A stretch of 64,000 nucleotides of DNA, filler included, from Octopus bimaculoides (GCF_001194135.2; 6 parts of 5 records of this genome joined end to end with filler, not necessarily neighbours in it), one strand, 5' to 3'. Positions 14,640 through 26,110 are shown, counted from the first letter of the whole stretch. The notes: generated from the sequence alone by a model not told the origin. A program made the numbers and translations.

Positions 14640-15365
14640 ATTAATTTAAATTAGCCCTTATAAATTTGATTCATGGTATGATTTAAAAAAATACCAATTA
14701 AGAAACAGAGCAAGATTTCATATTGTATTCTGAATGAATGGAAGAACCTGTATCAAAAGGACAAGTTCAAATACTGATCGGCAGAAACAACAAAATTTAA
14801 TATAATTTAGAAGAGAAAACATTCAGAGTGCCATACAAAGCAAAAGTTACATGATTGTTACATTGTATAATAATGGTTGCAACTTTTGGTACAAGACTGA
14901 CGTTAAAATTTCTTTTAGTTTTTATTTCTGCTAACAATGCTGTATAATCGACATATCATATATTATTTGTGTTTATGCTATTGACGGTGAGCCTTTTGAT
15001 CTCATTTGATTTTCGGAATATAAACTCAATGTAGATATTAAATAAGTATGATGATACACATCCTTGTCTTACACCTCTTTAATCTCTGCCGATTCTGGCA
15101 ATTCCTGGTCTATTTTGATGACTATCTTATGATTCCAATATAACTGACAGATGATTCTGACGTCCTTTCTTTTTAAGCCGGCATATTTTAATGAGGTAAT
15201 AACCACTCCATGGTGTTCAAGGTCAAATACCTTGCCATTATCTTTGAAACAAGCAAATACATCATTCTGTTCTTATATTTACTTTTATGGCAGGTTATTG
15301 AAGCAGTATATGGTATCACTTGTACCTCTGTTGGCCCTAAATCCAAACAGCTCCTCGTAGACTTC
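14640..15365 (-). pseudogene. RTE-clade LINE reverse transcriptase remnant, distal part inverted
   Basis: Minus strand: FGFRANRGTSDTIY, RGVRQGCV, YVDYTALLAE (YADD-like). Plus strand 14640-14900: DKFKY*S and LY..GC.FW, motifs that normally follow YADD. Confidence 0.7.
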
Positions 15366-15616
15366 TGCATTTATTTTGCTTTCTATTTATCATAGAAAAT
15401 TTCAGGATACCTAGTTTAAAAACGTGCGTATTTTTTAAGGTATCTTTAATGACACGATGCAATAGGTTCACTGTTTCAATTAAGAGGAATTAGTAAAAAA
15501 AATCTACCTACCTACCTACCTACCTACCTACCTACCTACTTACCTACCTACCTACCTACCTACCTACCTACCTACCTACCTACCTACCTATCTATCTATC
15601 TATCTATCTATCTATC

Positions 15617-15669
<53 letters not shown>

Positions 15670-15769
15670 NNNNNNNNNNNNNNNNNNNNNNNNNNNNNNN
15701 NNNNNNNNNNNNNTTAATTAATTAANNNNNNNNNNNNNNNNNNNNNNNNNNNNNNNNNNNNNNNNNNNN
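15670..15769. other. Assembly spacer 44N-TTAATTAATTAA-44N (also near 40542, 50673, 57030, 62478)
   Basis: Identical 100-bp construct occurs five times; the palindrome puts stop codons in all six frames. Confidence 0.95.
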
Positions 15770-15912
15770 GTACTTTTTTGTACTTCTTTGTAAAAAAACA
15801 TTTTCATTCTCCTTCTTCTTGATAATTTGCTTCTTCGCAATGAAAACCGGTTAGAAAAAATCTTTATTAAATTATGCTTCCAGTTCAGCATTCTGGCTTT
15901 TTTTCATTTTCC

Positions 15913-15955
<43 letters not shown>

Positions 15956-15973
15956 TCACACATACATGCATAC

Positions 15974-16006
<33 letters not shown>

Positions 16007-16042
16007 TGTATGTATGTATGTATGTATGTTCGTACGTATGTA

Positions 16043-16150
16043 TGCCGTAAGGCTTCACTTCCACACGCGCCAGCTTAATTCAATTCGTCCTTAGTCGAAA
16101 GACACCTGTTGTTAGTGTCCTGTTGTGTGCGTTTCTTTCTTTCATTTGTA
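16043..16150 (+). repeat. Interspersed repeat fragment, same family as 19170-19290
   Basis: Shared GCCGTAAGGCTT..TTCCACAC..GCTTAATT.AATT.GTCCT.AGTCGAAAGACACCTGTTG. Confidence 0.7.
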
Positions 16151-16594
16151 AGAGTTTAGTCCTGCAACGTAATAGTAATAGTTCCTTGAGATACAAAACA
16201 TTTAAATCTACGTGTATGAATGAGCTGATGAGTATGTGTTAGATTGTTGTTGTTGGTGATGCTGATGATGATGATGATAAGTAGAAGGAGGGGGAGAGAA
16301 GGGAGGAGGAGGATCTTGCTACTGTTGCTTTTGTTCCGGCTGCAACATTTCCTGCTACTGCTGTTGTTATTGTTGTTTAGCACCAAGTCAGCTGTAATCG
16401 TTCCAATATGACCATCCCGTGATTAAGATGTAATATATGTAGAATATACGTGTGTTCCACTTTCATGATAGCAGGGTAAGATTTGCGAAAGGTGGGGCCC
16501 ACTCCCTTTTTTGCAGGAGGAACGGCCATGTAGTGGTTACTTAGTCGTGTAAGATTATATAAATGTGTGTATATGAGTGCGCGCGTGCATGTGT

Positions 16595-16700
<106 letters not shown>

Positions 16701-17244
16701 ATAGGAACGGGCAACATTTTGCGTATATCAGTATCAGAAAGTGTGTACACATTCGTTAATGCGTTAGCATCTAAAAGAAATATACATAGATACATAGATA
16801 CATAGATACATGGGGAGAGGGAGAGAGAGAGAGAGAATAGGAATTGTAACATGAGTGCTCTTCGTGCGTGCGATTGTGCGATTGTGCGCGCGTGCGTGCG
16901 TGCGTGTACTCAGGATTGATTGCATGAATGTGCTTGGTTGAATCCATGAATGTATGACTGTATGTTGCGCGCCTCTAGTTTACAAAGCAAACATTGTGCG
17001 TTACAACACAAACAGAGGCAATAGGAAATCCGTAGAGATGGCTGAAGCAGACAGATATTACAAACCGGATAACTGTTTGTATTGGTTGTACGTTACAAGG
17101 AAAATATTTTGGCCGGCAGTGACGTAAAACTACTTTCGGTGTTCTTTATTACATTGTGGTTTACACAACATTTAGCCTTAATGATTGGTGGGGTGAAAAA
17201 AACACTTAGAATAGAGGAGTAGAGAGGAAAATATGATGGAGATA

Positions 17245-17334
<90 letters not shown>

Positions 17335-17819
17335 GAGAGAGAGGGGAGAGAGAGAGAGAATAAGAAAACGGTAGCATGCATGTGTGTTTGTATGTGTGTA
17401 AGAGGTCGGGCTTGAGAGAACAAACAAAAGAAGCATTTAGATATATGTATATATATATATACAAATGGAACAAGAACTTAACAGACGACAACAAAACATT
17501 CGGACAGTAGGTGATACAAAAAAGGACAGGAAAAATCAAAGACGAGACATTCGGAGCTTTCAAAGTAGATCGTCCCTGCAGTTTCGGCCGGTTAATGTCG
17601 AGACTGCTCTAATCTGGCCGGCCCCAAGGAAACTAAAGCTATGTTACGACCTGGTGGCCACAACCTGAATTTACAGAATCAACGAGGATAGGGTTAACCC
17701 AAAACAACAAAATACCATGAAATATTTTCGTAAAATATTATTATAACAATAGTCAGCATAAAACAGCTTACATGCAAAGAAAGATATATATACAAACAGA
17801 AGTTCGGACAATCCTGTTT

Positions 17820-17985
17820 TGGCCTCACACAAAATTTGGTTTTGCACAAAATTGATCTCACACAAAATTTGGTTTTTGAACCTTGGAAGGTAGAACGTTG
17901 GAATGTCGAACGTTGGATTTCGAACCTTTGAATGTCGAACTTTGGAATTCGAACGTTGGAATGTCGAACGTTGGATTTCGATGTA
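17820..17985. repeat. ~15-bp tandem array (TCGAACGTTGGAATG / TCGAACGTTGGATT) preceded by CACAAAATT repeats
   Basis: Seen directly. CpG-rich; possibly the subterminal array of a DNA transposon. Confidence 0.8.
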
Positions 17986-18054
17986 ACACAGGAAATATTT
18001 TAACTGACAAGCAAAAGGTTCTGGCGAATTCCTGGAGCATAAAATAATTTCACA

Positions 18055-18218
18055 GGCACAGGAGTGGCTGTGTGGTAAAGTAGCTTGCTTACCAACCACA
18101 TGGTTCCGGGTTCAGTCCCACTGCGTGGCATCTTGGGCAAGTATCTTCTACTATAGCCTCGGGTCGACCAAAGCCTTGTGAGTGAATTTGGTAGACGGAA
18201 ACTGAAAGAAGCCCGTCG

Positions 18219-18279
<61 letters not shown>

Positions 18280-18510
18280 ATATATATATATATATACGTG
18301 TGTGTTTTTGTGTTTGTCCTCCTAGCATTGCTTGACAACCGATGCTGGTGTGTTTATGTCCCCGTAACTTAGCGGTTCGGTAAAAGAGACCAATAGAATA
18401 AGTACTAGGCTTACAAAGAATAAGTTCCGGGGTCGATTTGCTCGACTAAAGGCGGTGCTCCAGCATGGCCGCAGTCAAATGACTGAAACAAGTAAAAGAG
18501 TAAAAGAGTA
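18055..18510 (+). mobile_element. SINE family A, full-length reference copy
   Basis: tRNA-like head (GTGGCTGTGTGG A-box-like, GGTTCAGTCCC B-box-like), internal (TA)n, tail GGCGGTGCTCCAGCATGGCCGCAG...(GTAAAAGA)n; more than 10 copies in the window. Confidence 0.95.
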
Positions 18511-19029
18511 AATGTCTAACACAAAGCACAGAGTGCATAAACTAAATAGGTAATCACAGCTTCCAGAATCTAATTGAACCTTGTCTCACAGAAAAACTGT
18601 CACCAAAACTGGGTGTACAATTATCTCCTTGAACCATGCCACAATGTAGGGTTCAAAAATCACATAATTTAAGAGATTTTTGTTCTCACCCAGATGTGAC
18701 ACAAATTATTTTAAAACGGACAGGCAAAAAGTTCTCGCGAATTCCTGGAGCATAAAATAATTCCACAAATGCCTAACACAAAGCGCAAAGAGCATAAACT
18801 AAAACAGGCAATCACCGCGTTTAGAATCCAATAGAACAAAACCGTCACAAAACTCTCCCGCGTGTGGGGGTGGGGGTGGGGTTAAATTATGAAGTTTTCC
18901 CAGGGTGTAGCCAATTCGTCATAGTTTCTGGGGCTAATAATCATAGCGTCCCCCATTCACCAATGGACTTCACCCTTACAGTGCAGCATGAAAACAGTTT
19001 TTCCCGTTTATTTTATTGTCAAATATTAT

Positions 19030-19062
19030 AGGACCCGGGTTCGATACCCGGCATCTCCACCA
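19030..19062 (+). tRNA. 3' half of a tRNA-Ala-like sequence with genomic CCA (not a complete gene)
   Basis: AGGACCCGGGTTCGATACCCGGCATCTCCACCA has an intact T-arm and an Ala-type acceptor 3' strand; the 5' half is absent. Confidence 0.7.
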
Positions 19063-19560
19063 TTTATAATTTCATAACAGCTAAGAGCACTAGATTCTTT
19101 GGAAGAAAGCAAGCGAATGTATACAAAAATAAGGACGAGAAGGGGGAAAAAACGGAGAAATGGTTCACAATTACAAATACAAACAACAGGACATAAACAA
19201 CAGGTGTCTTTCGACTTAGGACAAATTAAATTAAGCGGGGGGGGGTGTGGAAATAAAGCCTTACGGCAGGAACATAAGAGTTGAAAGTCATGGGGAGAAA
19301 TACGAGAGATGCTGCATGGATGATAGTCGAACCAAGGAAGAAAGGTCAGGCTTGGCCGAACACCGGTCACGTAGAAGGAAAGGAGAGAGGTAGTAGATAG
19401 AGGGATTGAAGAATTAGGGAGGGACGAGAAAGAGAGAAAAAAGGAAGCAATAGACCGAGGTAAGGAGGAGGGAAAGTGATGAGAATGAAGGGAGTGCCAA
19501 GAAATGTGAGAGAGGGTGGGAGCGAGAAAAAGAAAAATGGCAGGAACGAAGAAAGTGTGA
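19063..19560 (-). mobile_element. Interspersed repeat, purine-rich on the plus strand (possibly a retroelement terminus)
   Basis: Abrupt composition shift; contains the segment shared with 16043-16150. Confidence 0.45.
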
Positions 19561-19645
19561 AAGGGGCTAAAGAAAACAATAAGAGTCGTACAGAATTTAG
19601 ATATATATGTACTTACATACAAGAGACCAAAAGTGTACGTACGCC

Positions 19646-19705
19646 GCATACAAAACTGTTAGAATGCATACAAAACTGTTAGAATGCATACAAAACTGTT
19701 AGAAT
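19646..19705. repeat. Three perfect 20-bp tandem copies of GCATACAAAACTGTTAGAAT
   Basis: Seen directly. Confidence 0.95.
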
Positions 19706-19753
19706 ATTGAATCATGAGGTAGTATTGGAGTATGTATGTACGTATATATGTAC

Positions 19754-19884
19754 GTTTGTATGCGTTCAAGATTTCCTTCATCTTGCCATGGATTTCCACC
19801 ACTCATTTGCTTTGCAAAAAGAGGAACTTCATGACCGCCCGTCACTTCAGTTTTACCAAAACCCACTGGAGGAGCTGCCATCAT
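19754..19884 (-). CDS. Candidate first coding exon of an unidentified host gene (MMAAPPVGFGKTEVTGGHEVPLFAKQMSGGNPWQDEGNLERIQT)
   Basis: Strong acceptor TTTCTCACTCTTTTTGCAG before 19893, upstream in-frame TAA, second ATG in strong Kozak context (A-3, G+4), non-repetitive protein-like composition. The donor (AC|GTACAT) is weak and no homolog was recognised. Confidence 0.35.
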
Positions 19885-20199
19885 GCGTTAAATCTGCAAA
19901 AAGAGTGAGAAATATATTGTATATCGTCATTATTTTTTGCATATCTTCTCCAAAACAGTTGTCCTACTTCCCCTATAAAGATAGCAGCTCTACCCTTTCG
20001 CAATAAAGTCAGGAATTTTTCAGCACCCCCTCATACATACACACATACATACATACATACATACATACATACATACAAACATACTTCGTCGATTGTTTAC
20101 TCTGTACGTTCACTCTGTCAGTTTTTTGTTCGTTCGAAGCTCTAACTCTCCATGAATGTATTATTTAAAAAATTTCTGGATGCTGCTGTCTTATGAAGT

Positions 20200-20435
20200 T
20201 CCCTATATTGTCGTTAAAAGCGCGAAATAAGAGCCCAACAACTGATGAAGAATAATCTTCTTTTTGGTATTTTGTCCTGTACTTTTCTCTCGTGTGTTTG
20301 CGTATTTTTCACTTGTTCGTGATGTCCTATACTTATTGTGTATGTTTTGGGTAGTTTGTCCTGTACTCATCTCTCGTGTGTTTACTTATTTTTCACTCGT
20401 TGGTGAGGTTCTGTACACAATGTATATTTTTTTAT

Positions 20436-20467
<32 letters not shown>

Positions 20468-20790
20468 CATACATGCATGCATGCATGCATACATACATAC
20501 ATAAATACATACATACATACATACATAACATAAATAATATATAAATATATGCATATATCCATACATATATGTACATACTGACATCTATATGTATACATAC
20601 TTGCATATATGGGTACAGGACATCACAAAAAAACGTTAAACACAATGAGAAACGAAAACATAAAGACGAAGACAGAAAAGGAACTTTTTTTTTCGAACAA
20701 CGAAAAAAACCCCAGAGAAACGAGACATAAAGAATATTACCCTTCGTCAGTTGTCCCTGCTCCATCTACTCCGCGATACATACATACATA
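20200..20790. repeat. Two copies of one interspersed repeat in inverted orientation around (TACA)n, with an internal ~84-bp tandem duplication
   Basis: 20200-20420 (+) and 20600-20790 (-) share ACAACTGA.GAAG..GTGATGTCCT.TAC; 20266-20345 is repeated at 20350-20420. Confidence 0.55.
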
Positions 20791-20923
20791 CATACATACA
20801 TACATACATACATACATACATACAGGAATTAAATGTTTTGGTAGTGTGCAGAATTGTATATTGATAATGATAATCAAGTTTATCAGAAGGAATGAAGGAA
20901 TTGTTCTTTAGTTTATTTATATA

Positions 20924-21160
20924 CAGCTACAAAATGTTTTCAAATTTCTCAAGGAAATGAAATGAAGTAGAATGAAATAGAATAAGATAAATTAAAATAT
21001 TTACGTTATTACATTAAAAAATTTCCACAAGCATTCCCAGGCGTTACACAAACAATTCTTAAATGTAATAACGTACGTATTTTATTTTTTATTATATTTT
21101 ATTGCATTCCATTTCATTTCATTTCATTTCCTTATAAAATTTGTAGACTTTCTGCACCTG
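20924..21160. mobile_element. Tc1/mariner-type MITE with long (~100 bp) TIRs
   Basis: CAG..AAGGAAATGAAATG..TACGTTATTACATT is mirrored at the right end; TA on both sides. Confidence 0.75.
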
Positions 21161-21227
21161 TATATAAAAAATTAATGAACAGTTTCTTTATTTTTTTTCT
21201 GACTAATCTTATTATGCTTACCAATAT

Positions 21228-21312
21228 CGCCTGTGGACACACAGGGTTTACAGGCAAGTTATGATTTGTTCTGAGTAGTAACTTGCATAAAGACCCTGTG
21301 TACCCACAGGCG
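21228..21312 (-). ncRNA. 85-nt hairpin (34-bp stem, 17-nt loop); pre-miRNA candidate or tiny MITE
   Basis: Arms 21228-21261 and 21279-21312 pair by hand. The minus-strand fold has 3 mismatches and 3 G-U pairs. Confidence 0.4.
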
Positions 21313-21414
21313 AAACTAGGATAGCAATAGACTGATCGACCAGAATAAAATATTTTTGATCTCTTCTACGGTAACAAGTACTCTTTTTCTTTTTCCGACA
21401 GTCAACATGGAACG

Positions 21415-21572
21415 TGTATCGTGTCTGTGTGGTGAGAAGCTTGCTTCCCAACAACATGGTTCGGGGTTCAGTCCCACTGCGTGGCACTTAGGGCAAGTGT
21501 CTTCCACTATAGCTTCAGGCCGATCAAAGCCTAATGAGTGGATTTGGTACACGGAAACTGAAAGAAACCCGT

Positions 21573-21623
<51 letters not shown>

Positions 21624-21640
21624 ACATATATGTATATATG
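21415..21640 (+). mobile_element. SINE family A, 5' half
   Basis: Similar to 18055-18240 and ends in (TA)n. Confidence 0.85.
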
Positions 21641-21799
21641 TATGTATGTATGCATACACACACACATACATTTATTACAAAATACATGCATACATGCATA
21701 CGTACATACATACATATGTAAAATGCAGATAAACTCTGTACTGCTTGATCCTATGGCGGGTTCTTCACCAACGTTATCCTTGAGTATGCAGCTTTTCTG

Positions 21800-22960
21800 C
21801 ATGGAAGGTGTGTGTACATGTCGTTAAAAGAACTTTCTTTTGTCCACCAGTTACTAGTTAGCTTCAGCAGTAGCGATTTAGCTACCTGTTTTGGATTAAA
21901 GGAGAAGTTTTGGGGAGACCAGAGTGTTGGTAGGTAGGGGTTTAATCACCGATACTAATAATTTGGGTTTCACTGACATTCTGACCCGTAGCTTCTGTTT
22001 TCTTTAAGCTGATACTGAAGCCAAGCTCACGGCAAGTACTATGAAAGAGAATTAACTACTCTCTATAGGTCAGACTTCAAGTTAGCATCATCACCGAAGG
22101 GAATCTGCCTGATCAAGACTCATAGCACTTTGTTTTTTTTACTCTGAAAAGAGTAAGATCGAAGACTATGCCATTAAATCTAGTATGTCAGTATGTTCCA
22201 TTGCTGGAAGTCCTGAAAGTGTATGCAGTCCGGATAAGAACGATATCAAAAACGTTCAGGTTAGGTCGTAATCTTACTTCACTCTACTTCGATTGGAAAA
22301 ATAGCTTTGTGGATAATTCATCAAAGTGAACCGTTCCCTGCATGTAATTATCTAAAGAGGTGATGACGTCAGTAGCTTTGATAAACAACTACTTTCTCTT
22401 GGAGGGCTAAGTGGCCTCTTCTATTCACTGAGTCAAAAATAATATTCAGGTCAATGAAGACAAAGCAAAAAGACTTGTCCCTGTACCCGGCTCTTCACCT
22501 GTAGCTGTTTAAGTGAGAAGATCGTGTCAATCATGTATCCATTTGCTTTGAAGCCACACTAGAAATCGAGGTAGATACGTTCTTCAACAGTTTGCAGCCT
22601 CTCTAGCACCATTCGGTTAAACATAGATATATATTTGTAATTGTTACACTCACTGCAGTTTACTTTACTTGAGTGTCCAAAACTAGAGATCTCTTTTTTG
22701 GTATCTCATATGAGACTCAAAGGAATGCAAAAGCGATCCATTTGACATCAATTTGACTGTAGAAACTGCAGGAAGGTGACGTGGTATATGCTGTTCAATT
22801 ACTTTAGGTGCTATTCTGATTTTTTTTTTAGCTTTTTTATTTGTCCGTGCTTATTATTTCCATAAGCTGGCTATCAGCTATGGGTAACGATACCCACCCA
22901 CCATCCTATTAAACTGCTGGATGCTCAGTGATACCAAGATGTTATTGGGTAAACTGTGTA
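21800..22960 (-). pseudogene. RTE-BovB-like LINE reverse transcriptase remnant
   Basis: Decayed translation CSECNNYKYIS..RMVLERLQ..CGFKANGYMIDTIFSLKQLQ..TRFNGIVFDL...KTK..IRQIPFGDDA follows RTE-BovB RT motif order. Confidence 0.8.
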
Positions 22961-25074
22961 ACTTGCTTTAGACTCATTGTCGAAACCGATGGAGAGGTCA
23001 TGTACTTTTTCTATTATTATTTGTTTGTTTGGGCATGCGCGCGCGTGTATCTCTGTGTGTATATAAGCGTATTTGTGTCACATTTTAAGGTGTTTTATAA
23101 AGTGCGTATTGAGTACTTTAATGTTTTCATGCGTTTATGTATAAGGTTACAGAAGCATATGCACGTACATGCACACGCATAAACACACAGATTTTAAACA
23201 TGTGTGTACACATACATATACATACGTCCACTTGTGTATGTATTTATGTATGTACATGTGTGTGTGCCTGTACATGTTTATATTTATATATACATACACA
23301 GTCGTATGTATATGTGTATATATACACAGACACCAGCACATACACACATGTACAGTTACAAAAAAAAACACAGATGTAGCTTATTAAAGTTCTAATGTAA
23401 TAGTCCTGGTGATATTTTAGCATATTTTAACATATGAATAAGTTTTCCCCTCCCTACCCATTACGAGGCTCCTCACCATCGCCACCAACAGCAGATTTGC
23501 TTACTCTTTCAATAGCAATGTAATATGTCACCTTCTACAATATGTGTTTCGTTATGGTTATGTGGATATTATTAATTGCTTGCTCAAGTGTAAAAGAACA
23601 TGAACCTCTAAAAACATTTTACTAGGGAAGTGGGTAGGGCCATAATGTTTGCGGACCTTCCACCCTTTTAGGAGGGTGATGTTCAACTAGATCTTCTTAA
23701 GGTTAATTTCTATAGTGAAAATTTAGGCAGGGTTTGTGGGGAATAACTTTGAAAAACTGTTCACGAGGGAATTTTTACGGTGTGAAATGCAGAAAAGATG
23801 ACAAAAGACCAAAAGACTGGTGAATGAAATTTAATTCAGCGGAAATAATAAGTTTCATACACGTGACGTGCTCCTGGTGGTCAGCGATCATAAGGGAGAC
23901 AATCGCTTCTAGATAAAATTAAAGCGGGATTGGAAGCTTGAATTTTAAATCAAAGAGTAAAACAGATGTACAGAATACACGCATTTCGTATTTCTTTTTC
24001 CTTCAATTTATAAAGATTTTAAAATTCTTAGTCTTTGGTGGCTATGTAAAGCGCCATTTCATCCTTATTTCCGCTCGCCAGCATGACATAACTCAAGACA
24101 AACAAATTGAGATAAATCAAAGATTTTACGAAGTTAGACAAGTCTTATACAGAGAAAATAGCTTAATGTTTAAAAGGAATTCGTGGGATGTCTATTTATT
24201 AATTATTCACTTCTTTTTTTTATCGCTTAAATAAGCGACGATCAGTGTTGTAACAACAAAGAGGGAGATTATACCTGTGTCCTAGAGTTGAAATTGGTAC
24301 CTGATTGTTTGTTCCTTATTTTGAATAATTTTCTTTCTATCCTTTTTTTTTTCTTGTAGTGCGCAGAGGTGTTCGCGTCAGATACATGAACATCACTCTA
24401 ATGTAGGGTTACTCTTATCGTATTAACATCAACTGCTGCTCAGAAGAATGTATTGCTCTTAAGAGAAAGTGCACCTTTTGATACATAAACAGCTTTAATT
24501 ACAGGCAGTTTTGTTATAGATATGTGGTTGGCATGGGAGAATAAAGATTATTAAGTTTAGCGTGAGAACCTTTTACTTATGGATTATTTACAAACACAGA
24601 GTTTAGTATTGCGTATTTTTTTTGTTTGTTTTTTTTTGGCATACGTAGTGAGTATGTTTTGGTGCTGTGAAATACTGATTTACCATGTCTCTGATGTATG
24701 ATATATTGATATTGTGTAAGGGATCTAGGTTTTACGGGGATAGTGCCCGTAAGAAGATTAACGTTGTATGAAAAATTTAATTTGTATCATAACTTGTTTG
24801 ACTGGAAGTAATAATTATTAGGACGTACAGGTAGCAGTGGGAAAGTTCGAAAGAAAACCATTGTTCGAATCACGGCAAAGTTAATAGAATATTGGTTACC
24901 ACGAAGCGATTTTATATATTTCTATGCATTTTTCTATCCGACTATGGGAAGACTATCAAACTTTTTTTTGTAATCAATCCATGCAATAGAAAGATTTTTA
25001 CGTTCTCAAGACCCATTTTATTGATAAAATGTTGGTCTTTACAACCATACAAGATTATTGTCATTATTATTGAG

Positions 25075-25560
25075 TGAGAGAGCAGTGCTTGCCATCAAAG
25101 TGACACTGGGGTACAAATATACGAAGCTCAGTATACTCATCTGATAAGTATCCTCGTCTCATAAGGGCATACCAGGCACATGCACAACCATATGTGCGCA
25201 ACATGGTGATCTCATATTAAGATAAACAGCAGGTCACTTGCAGGTGGGGTCCAGTTACAATTTTCTTCAGGTAGAGTAGTCCATCCCGCTCAAAATGTCC
25301 CTGAAGAAGGGTTGTTTAAGGATGTTGAATGAAACACCCATGTTTTCAGAGGTGAATTATTCAAACCCCAAAGAATTCCTCTCAGCACATGGCTATGATG
25401 CTCCCCTACTACTTCTGCTCATGATCAGAGATGCACATATCGTCAGCCACCAAGGGACATGCTCAACTGGTTAAGGTCAAACAACTGACAAAGCAAATCT
25501 GTGGTGTTAAGCAGAATATTTGCTGTAGCCCATCTTTTATACCAAGACAAAACAATGTAC
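25075..25560. repeat. Probable interspersed repeat (recalled as common in octopus; no second copy in the window)
   Basis: GC-richer block with abrupt edges; family assignment is from recall only. Confidence 0.35.
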
Positions 25561-25628
25561 ATGATAACACTCCCAATCAAGCAAATTTGTGGTATTAATC
25601 AGAAAGCAAATCCGTGGTATTGAGCAAA

Positions 25629-25676
<48 letters not shown>

Positions 25677-25934
25677 TTTATTTAAAAAATTTTTTTTATC
25701 ATCATTATTATTATTATTGAAACTGAACACTTCGGTTTTCTGTATTTCCTCAAGTTCTTTAAGTTATGAGATCAAATTCTGCTTTGCCTTTCATCTTCCT
25801 TGGATCGAAATAAATTGAAGTACCAGTCAAGTACTGAAGTCGATATGATGAACTGTACTCTTTCCACTATTTCTGGTTTTAAATAAGAGATTGCTACTAT
25901 CACATTATCATTAATATCGGGTTGCAGAATCATT

Positions 25935-26110
25935 ATTATGCCTGGCAGAATGCTTAGCGGCATTTCGTCTGTCTTTACGTTCTGAATTCAAATTCTGCCG
26001 AGTTTGACTTTTGTCTTTTATCCTTTCGAAGTCAATGAGATAAATACCAGTTGAGTACTGGGGTCAATGTAAACAACTAGTTGTCTCCTCCAAAATTGTG
26101 CCTATAGCAT
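25935..26110 (+). mobile_element. SINE family B
   Basis: Similar to 58729-58950; followed by (CTA)n. Confidence 0.8.

Noticed and set aside
15670-15769. TTAATTAATTAA palindrome recurring five times inside N-runs
   Set aside because: Exactly 44N+12+44N each time and a six-frame stop sequence; an artificial scaffolding spacer, not biology.
17880-17985. Short regularly spaced repeats as a CRISPR-like array
   Set aside because: Head-to-tail ~15-bp units with no unique spacers and no cas genes.
19030-19062. Bacterial tmRNA/tRNA att site of a prophage or genomic island
   Set aside because: No integrase or bacterial genes nearby; the sequence fits eukaryotic tRNA-Ala and the context is animal repeat DNA.
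19026-19649. 207-aa minus-strand ORF
   Set aside because: Low-complexity F/S/L/P composition from a pyrimidine-rich repeat strand; no domain motifs.
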